This document shows, one piece after another, positions 59,366 through 64,000 of a DNA stretch of 64,000 nt (positions are counted from its first letter, which is position 1; the number at the start of each line of letters is the position of its first letter). The position numbers were made by a program, and so were the translations under genes. Origin of the DNA: Deltaproteobacteria bacterium (GTDB lineage: Bacteria; Myxococcota; Kuafuiibacteriia; Kuafuiibacteriales; Kuafuiibacteriaceae); assembly GCA_016713425.1 (NCBI GenBank), contig JADJPE010000005.1, positions 5,437,532-5,501,531 on the forward strand. The letters are read 5' to 3'. The notes beneath the pieces were generated by a model. The model ran no database searches, was not told where the DNA came from, and saw nothing but the letters and a program-made list of their open reading frames with translations.

Positions 59366-59415
59366 CCCAAAGACTTCGGATTTTTCCCCTTCCGCGCGGC
59401 CGCGCGAAGTCAGAA

Positions 59416-59530
59416 TTCCCGTACGGGAATCGTTCCAACCAACGAGCGTCCACCGGCTGCCTATATTCCCGATCGGGAATCGGAAGTCCTAACCTTGGCT
59501 ATCAGATGCCTTAGATTCCCGTTCGGGAAT
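59416..59530. repeat. array of three 16-bp palindromes, ATTCCCG-NN-CGGGAAT, at 49-50 bp centre-to-centre spacing
   Basis: Two copies are perfect palindromes: 59416-59431 (ATTCCCGTACGGGAAT) and 59465-59480 (ATTCCCGATCGGGAAT). The third, 59515-59530, has perfect 7-bp arms around a TT spacer. They lie in the convergent gap between rho and the Ser/Thr kinase gene. Confidence 0.7.
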
Positions 59531-59695
59531 GAGAATCGCCAAGACGCCGAGGATCACCATCGTGGGGAACCAGCGAGACCCGTGGCGAGATCATTCTCGC
59601 GAAGCGCGTCGCAAGGCGACGCGATCGACGCAAGCTCGACGCCAACCAACGGATGCAACGGATGCAACGGATGGATCGTGGGACCGCGAGCTCCG

Positions 59696-60889
59696 TCAGC
59701 TCGCGGTCGAAGGTCCCAAAGTCGTCGCTCGAGGCGAGACTTCGTGCGTCAGCGGCTCACCATGGGCGAGCAAGCTCGCGACCCGGCGCTCCGATCGACG
59801 CAACGGCTCGGCCTCGAGTACCTGATGGCGCTCAAGCGATACACGCTCGACCCGGTCTGGCGACTGAAGCGCGTTCATAATCGCGTCCTCGAGGTTGTTC
59901 TCAGCCGCGATTCGAGCGCGCACGACCGCGTGGCCAAGGCCCCGCTCCTGGTCGAGACAGCGCGCGCCAATGAGAAGGCGACGAAGATCGCTCCGGCAGC
60001 GCTCGGAGTCATACTCGATGAGCGCGCTGTCCAGTGCATCTGCGAACGCGCGCGCCGACTGATAGCGGTCGCGGGGGTCCAGCTCTGTCGCCTTTCGGAA
60101 GACGAGATCCATGGAAGCGGGTAGACCTGGGCGGGCGTCTTCGAGCGTCGGGAGATCGGCGTTCGCAACGCGAATCATGAGCTGGGCCACGCCCACGTCA
60201 TCGTAGATCCGCTTGCCGGCCAGGAGCTCCCAGAGCACCAAGGCCGTCGAATAGACGTCCGTGCAGGCCGTGGTGATGTGGCCTTTGATTTGTTCCGGCG
60301 CCATGTACCGGAACTTGCCCTTGACGTTTCCCGCCTCGGTCTTCGCGAGCCGATTCTGTGCGCGCGCAATGCCGAAGTCGACCAAGCGAACACGGCCGTC
60401 GACGTCCACCATCACGTTGCCCGGCGAAACATCGCGGTGAACCACGTTCAGATAGTCGCCCTGCTCATCCTTGATGTTGTGGGCATAGTCGAGGCCTTCC
60501 AAGATCTCGCGCACGATGTGCACCGAAGCCTCGAGCGAGAAGTCCTGTCGAGTCTCACGCGCGAAACGTTTGAGCCGTCCGAGGTCAACGCCGTCGACGT
60601 ACTGCAAGATCAGCCCGAGTTGCCCTTCGACCTCAACGACTTCAACGACAGAGGCAATGTTCTCGTGGTTGAGAAGCGAGCAGATCTTCGCCTCATCCAT
60701 GAGCATCTTTCGAAACTCGACGTCATCGTCGCAATCCGGCCGGATACGCTTGAGCGCGAAAGCTTGGTCGGGCCAGTTGTCCCGATAAACTTTGAAGATC
60801 TCGGCCATGCCTCCGCTGGCGATCCGTTCGACCACCCAATAGGGACCAAACTGCCCCAGCTCGGAGCGCGAGCTCGTCATGCGTGACAT
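59696..60889 (-). CDS. Hanks-type serine/threonine protein kinase
   Basis: A Gly-rich loop (IASGGMAEIF), the catalytic loop (HRDVSPGNV), DFG and APE motifs. The start was chosen at the Met of MSRMTSS before the kinase domain; the ORF extends to 60952. Confidence 0.85.
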   Translation of the reverse strand: MSRMTSSRSELGQFGPYWVVERIASGGMAEIFKVYRDNWPDQAFALKRIRPDCDDDVEFRKMLMDEAKICSLLNHENIASVVEVVEVEGQLGLILQYVDGVDLGRLKRFARETRQDFSLEASVHIVREILEGLDYAHNIKDEQGDYLNVVHRDVSPGNVMVDVDGRVRLVDFGIARAQNRLAKTEAGNVKGKFRYMAPEQIKGHITTACTDVYSTALVLWELLAGKRIYDDVGVAQLMIRVANADLPTLEDARPGLPASMDLVFRKATELDPRDRYQSARAFADALDSALIEYDSERCRSDLRRLLIGARCLDQERGLGHAVVRARIAAENNLEDAIMNALQSPDRVERVSLERHQVLEAEPLRRSERRVASLLAHGEPLTHEVSPRATTLGPSTAS

Positions 60890-61099
60890 GTTCGAAGCAC
60901 CGTGCCGTTCCGCCGTCACTTTCGTCTCATGCGTCGCACATTTCGAAGGCATACGGAACCCCGGCGAGGGACCTTCCCGCGGTCACGCGCCCGCAGCCAT
61001 TCGTGTCATCAGAACGCATTCGCGACAACGCATCGCGAAAGACTACCCGAGTGTGCCGGCCTGTGATATGCCACCGATTCCGTAGTCGAGCACCCCAGC

Positions 61100-61172
61100 A
61101 GGCGGATAGCTCAGTTGGTAGAGCAACGCTTTTACACGGCGTGGGTCGCAGGTTCGAGCCCTGTTCCGCCTA
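61100..61172 (+). tRNA. tRNA-Val (anticodon TAC)
   Basis: A manually folded cloverleaf: acceptor AGGCGGA/TCCGCCT, D-arm GCTC-AGTTGGTA-GAGC, anticodon stem ACGCT/GGCGT with loop TTTACAC, T-arm GCAGG-TTCGAGC-CCTGT, and discriminator A. Confidence 0.85.
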
Positions 61173-61320
61173 AATTCACCCCCTGCCCTCGCGACCGCAT
61201 GGAGACCAGCATGCACCCCGTCCCTTGGGCTCTTAGTGTCACGCCAACAAGAAATCCGTTTCGCGCCGTTCGATCGAATTGTAAAGTCGCTTCTTTACGA
61301 AACGAAAGCGGCCCCCTAGC

Positions 61321-61653
61321 GTGCGCTCCCGGATGAGCACCGAGGAGAACGAAACGGCAACGATTTATCGGCGGGGAGGTCACGTCAACCTCCAGCTCGC
61401 CTCTCGATATGATGAATCTTTGATCGAGGAGGCGCGGACAATCTCGGCCCGACTCTTGGATCGGGTGAAGGCAAACGTCGACGATTTCGACGACTTCGCA
61501 CGACGCGTCGAGCGTTCTGAAGAGTTCAGCCTTCACGAATCAGCTCAGCTCTCGAAAAAAGAGAAGGAGTTCCGGACCGTATATCTCCGCGGGCGCGCAC
61601 TCCTCGACGCGATCGCCGAAGCAGAAGCTCGAAAGGCGCGGTTCGGTCGTTGA
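61321..61653 (+). CDS. hypothetical small protein (110 aa)
   Basis: An ORF of coding-like composition following the tRNA. No recognisable domain. Confidence 0.35.
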   Translation: MRSRMSTEENETATIYRRGGHVNLQLASRYDESLIEEARTISARLLDRVKANVDDFDDFARRVERSEEFSLHESAQLSKKEKEFRTVYLRGRALLDAIAEAEARKARFGR

Positions 61654-61689
61654 CGCCCCCTCGAGCGATTGAGGCGCGGTCACACCTTC

Positions 61690-61833
61690 TCGGCCGCTAT
61701 CGCTTTCTTGGCCGCTATCGCTTTCTTGGCCGCTATCGCTTTCTCGGCCGCTATCGCTTTCTCGGCCGCTATCGCTTTCTCGGCCGCTATCGCTTTCTCG
61801 GCCGCTATCGCTTTCTCAACAGCTATCGCCTTC
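61690..61833. repeat. 18-bp tandem repeat x8 (GGCCGCTATCGCTTTCTY) in the convergent gap between the hypothetical ORF and rlmN
   Basis: Seven near-identical copies and one degenerate copy, read directly. There are no interspersed spacers. Confidence 0.75.
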
Positions 61834-62898
61834 TCGGATCGGCAGACGGGTTCTTCGCAGTTCGATGTTCCCGAGCTGACCGCATCCGGCCATGACGGAG
61901 CGCCCCTTCGTCACCCGTCGCGTCACTGGAACGTGAAGCGACGAAAGCCAAGCCATGAACTGAGCGACCTCGGCTTCCGTGGGCGCCCGCGCGAGCGGTT
62001 TCGTCCCCGGATTGTACGGAATAACGTTTACCATGACACGAAGTGATCGACAGAACGCCGCAACGGCCTCCGCATCCTCGCGGCGATCATTGATCCCCGG
62101 CATCAAACAATAGTTGATGCCATAGACGAACTTCGCCCGCCGCGGAAATCGCTCGAGCGCATCGCGAAGGGCCGCAATCCCGACCTTTCGATTCATCGGC
62201 ATGACGCGATCCCGAACTTCGTCCGTCGCACTGTTCAAGCTAATCGAAACATCGAGACGCTTCCAACCAAGCGTCGCCAACTTGGCCAGGCCGTCGGGAT
62301 GCCCAACCGTGCAGATCGTCAGACGCTGCTGTCCATAGGACAAACCGAACGGATCGTTCATCACGCGCAACGCACCGATCACGTTGTCTGCGTTATCAAG
62401 CGGCTCGCCCATCCCCATGAAGACGATGTTGCGAATGGGCCAGCCCAAGAAACCACGGGCCAGGACGAGCTGACCCACGATCTCCGCCGTGCTCAAGTTG
62501 CGCAGAAGGCCCATGCGCCCGGTTTCGCAGAAGCCACAAGCAAGACGGCAGCCCACCTGACTCGAGACACACAAGGTGTACTTGCCGCCGCCCATCGGCA
62601 CCCGCACCATCTCGAACTCGAGGCCCTCCTCGGTCGCCAGGACCGTCTTGATCGTGTCGCCGTCGAAGGCGGAGGGCTCGGCAACGCTCCGAACGACCCG
62701 CGGCAAACTGAACCGAAACGCGGCCCGCCAGGCCTCGACCGCCTCCGGGCGAAGGCCCATCGTGTCGGGCTGAAAACGGCCCTCCAGGCAGGCCTCTCGA
62801 TAGATCCGCCGCGCAACCCCGAACCCGCGCGGGATGAGGCGCTGGGCCTCCGCAAACAACGCGCGGCCGCCAAACTCAAGGATGTGGCGCTGAGTCAT
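61816..62898 (-). CDS. rlmN: 23S rRNA/tRNA m2A methyltransferase RlmN (radical SAM, Cfr family)
   Basis: The radical-SAM motif (CGFCETG), MGMGEPL, and the conserved C-terminal Cys (MAGCGQL) are present. The ORF extends to 62913 (MHAHGMTQRH), giving an alternative start. Confidence 0.85.
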   Translation of the reverse strand: MTQRHILEFGGRALFAEAQRLIPRGFGVARRIYREACLEGRFQPDTMGLRPEAVEAWRAAFRFSLPRVVRSVAEPSAFDGDTIKTVLATEEGLEFEMVRVPMGGGKYTLCVSSQVGCRLACGFCETGRMGLLRNLSTAEIVGQLVLARGFLGWPIRNIVFMGMGEPLDNADNVIGALRVMNDPFGLSYGQQRLTICTVGHPDGLAKLATLGWKRLDVSISLNSATDEVRDRVMPMNRKVGIAALRDALERFPRRAKFVYGINYCLMPGINDRREDAEAVAAFCRSLRVMVNVIPYNPGTKPLARAPTEAEVAQFMAWLSSLHVPVTRRVTKGRSVMAGCGQLGNIELRRTRLPIREGDSC

Positions 62899-62952
62899 CC
62901 CATGGGCGTGCAACGCTTTGCACGAAGACGCAACGAATCCCTCGCCGGCCGC

Positions 62953-63582
62953 GTGCGACCATGCGAAACTTGCGGCGCCACGGTCCGCCTAGAAGACATC
63001 GAGCGCGCCCTCGCGATTCACCAGCCGACCCGACCCCCGCTCCAGCGGATCTTTCGAAAGGCCGCCGTTGCGGCCATCTTCCGCACTTCTTCAACGTCAA
63101 CGCTCGAGCTGCTCTTCATTCGCCGCGCCGAGCACCCGCGCGATCCCTGGTCCGGCCACATGGCTTTTCCGGGGGGGAGGATGGATCCGGTCGACAGAAC
63201 ACCACTCGACGCCGCAGTCCGCGAGACACGGGAAGAACTGGGTCTCGATCTCGAGCGACACGGGCAGAATATCGGGGCCCTCTCGCCCGTCCCCGCGACC
63301 GCCCACGGAAAACCGGTTCCGCTCATCATCTCGCCCTTTGTCTTCAGCGTCGGTGAGGCACCGCCGCTCGCGCTCAATCACGAGGTCCAAGAAGTCGTCT
63401 GGATCCCGATCTCTTTTTTTCTCGACCCGCGCCACCGCACACACATGCGACGCGCCATTGCCGACGTCCCGGTCACCCTTCCCTGCTACAACTATCAGTC
63501 ACGCTGCATCTGGGGCCTGACCTTGCGCATGGTCGACGAGCTCCTCGCCATTCTCCGAGGCCTGGCTGCGACTCGAACCTAG
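62953..63582 (+). CDS. NUDIX hydrolase, CoA pyrophosphatase-like (NudL family)
   Basis: AAVAAIFR...LLFIRRAEHPRDPWSGHMAFPGGRMDPVDRTPLDAAVRETREELGL, a Nudix box in the NudL-like UPF0035 context. The 5' part of the track ORF is antisense to rlmN, and the start is uncertain (GTG 62953 or ATG 62902). Confidence 0.5.
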   Translation: MRPCETCGATVRLEDIERALAIHQPTRPPLQRIFRKAAVAAIFRTSSTSTLELLFIRRAEHPRDPWSGHMAFPGGRMDPVDRTPLDAAVRETREELGLDLERHGQNIGALSPVPATAHGKPVPLIISPFVFSVGEAPPLALNHEVQEVVWIPISFFLDPRHRTHMRRAIADVPVTLPCYNYQSRCIWGLTLRMVDELLAILRGLAATRT

Positions 63583-63975
63583 GGCCACGCCCGCTGACGG
63601 TGAGGCCGCCAACATCCGTCCCGCACCGTCGCCCAAGAGCGCGCCAAAGGCGCTTCCGATCAGGGCGCCCGCCTTCAGGACCGCATCTGTTTTCGCGGCC
63701 GGCAAACCCCGGCGAAGCGCGTCGACCATCGCGGCCGGACTGCGAACGTGCTCCGCGACCCATCCAGCGCCTCTGACCACCTTGTTGACGCCGCCCAGGA
63801 AGAAATGTCCGAACACGAGTGCCAAGAGCGCCCCTCCGACGGCCCCAACCGTACCGCCGACCGCCCGTCCAGCCACCTGACGCGTTCGCGCGAACGACTC
63901 GTCCCCCGAGCGGAGATCGGACGCGGCCGCGGTGCCCAAACTCACGAGATCGATGCCGAGCGTCACCGGGAGCAT
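63499..63975 (-). CDS. hypothetical Gly-rich membrane protein
   Basis: Gly-zipper-like segments (GALIGSAFGALLG; VGGTVGAVGGALLALVFG). Low-complexity composition, weak call. Confidence 0.25.
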   Translation of the reverse strand: MLPVTLGIDLVSLGTAAASDLRSGDESFARTRQVAGRAVGGTVGAVGGALLALVFGHFFLGGVNKVVRGAGWVAEHVRSPAAMVDALRRGLPAAKTDAVLKAGALIGSAFGALLGDGAGRMLAASPSAGVALGSSRSQASENGEELVDHAQGQAPDAA

Positions 63976-64000
63976 CGCTCGAACCGCCAGCGAGCCGGTC

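Noticed and set aside
59382-59412. Putative intrinsic terminator right after rho (GCGCGGCCGCGC palindrome)
   Set aside because: The T-tract precedes the stem rather than following it on the plus strand. No U-tract follows on the minus strand either, so it is not a canonical rho-independent terminator.
61100-61172. tRNA-Val as a mobile-element integration site
   Set aside because: No integrase, direct repeat of the tRNA 3' end, or compositional shift is seen in the flanking 3 kb.
61690-61833. Possible CRISPR array
   Set aside because: The 18-bp units are directly adjacent with no spacers and are too short. No cas genes are present, so this is a simple minisatellite. The same reasoning applies to the 13-, 14- and 15-bp arrays.
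62299-62950. 5' portion of the plus-strand ORF 62299..63582
   Set aside because: It is antisense to rlmN. Only the 3' Nudix-domain part was kept.

Overview
This is a 64 kb stretch of high-GC chromosomal DNA, most likely from a myxobacterium (a MYXO-CTERM-like sorting tail and many lipoprotein or secreted proteins support this). The region is densely coded on both strands. No rRNA, CRISPR array, transposase, integrase or prophage signal was seen.

Ordinary housekeeping genes dominate. The window opens with a truB(partial)-rbfA-DUF503-infB-ylxR/L7Ae-nusA-rimP operon on the minus strand, followed by ileS. Further on are plsC, lgt, rimO, ugd, ttcA, xthA, rho, rlmN and a tRNA-Val(TAC).

The most interesting segments are:
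- **15.5-24.3 kb: a signalling island.** A TonB-dependent receptor and a YfiR-like (DUF4154) periplasmic protein sit divergent from a four-gene operon. That operon encodes a CheX-like phosphatase, a CheY-like receiver, a REC-PAS-GGDEF-EAL protein and an unusual membrane HAMP-PAS-Hpt-HATPase kinase. This is the best candidate for a poorly described system. It looks like a chemotaxis-style phosphorelay tied to c-di-GMP turnover and possibly gated from the periplasm by the YfiR-like protein.
- **25.4-33.8 kb: an AddB/AddA-type helicase-nuclease pair** split by a 392-aa repeat-containing ORF of unknown function.
- **8-11.9 kb: ileS** carrying a roughly 150-aa low-complexity insertion between its KMSKS motif and the anticodon-binding domain.
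- **59.4-59.5 kb:** an array of three 16-bp palindromes at about 50-bp spacing, in the convergent gap after rho.
- **Short tandem repeats throughout.** Units of 6-18 bp occur both in intergenic gaps and in-frame inside housekeeping genes.

Many long ORFs in the six-frame track are antisense or alternative-frame artefacts of the high GC content. They are listed under noticed_but_rejected.
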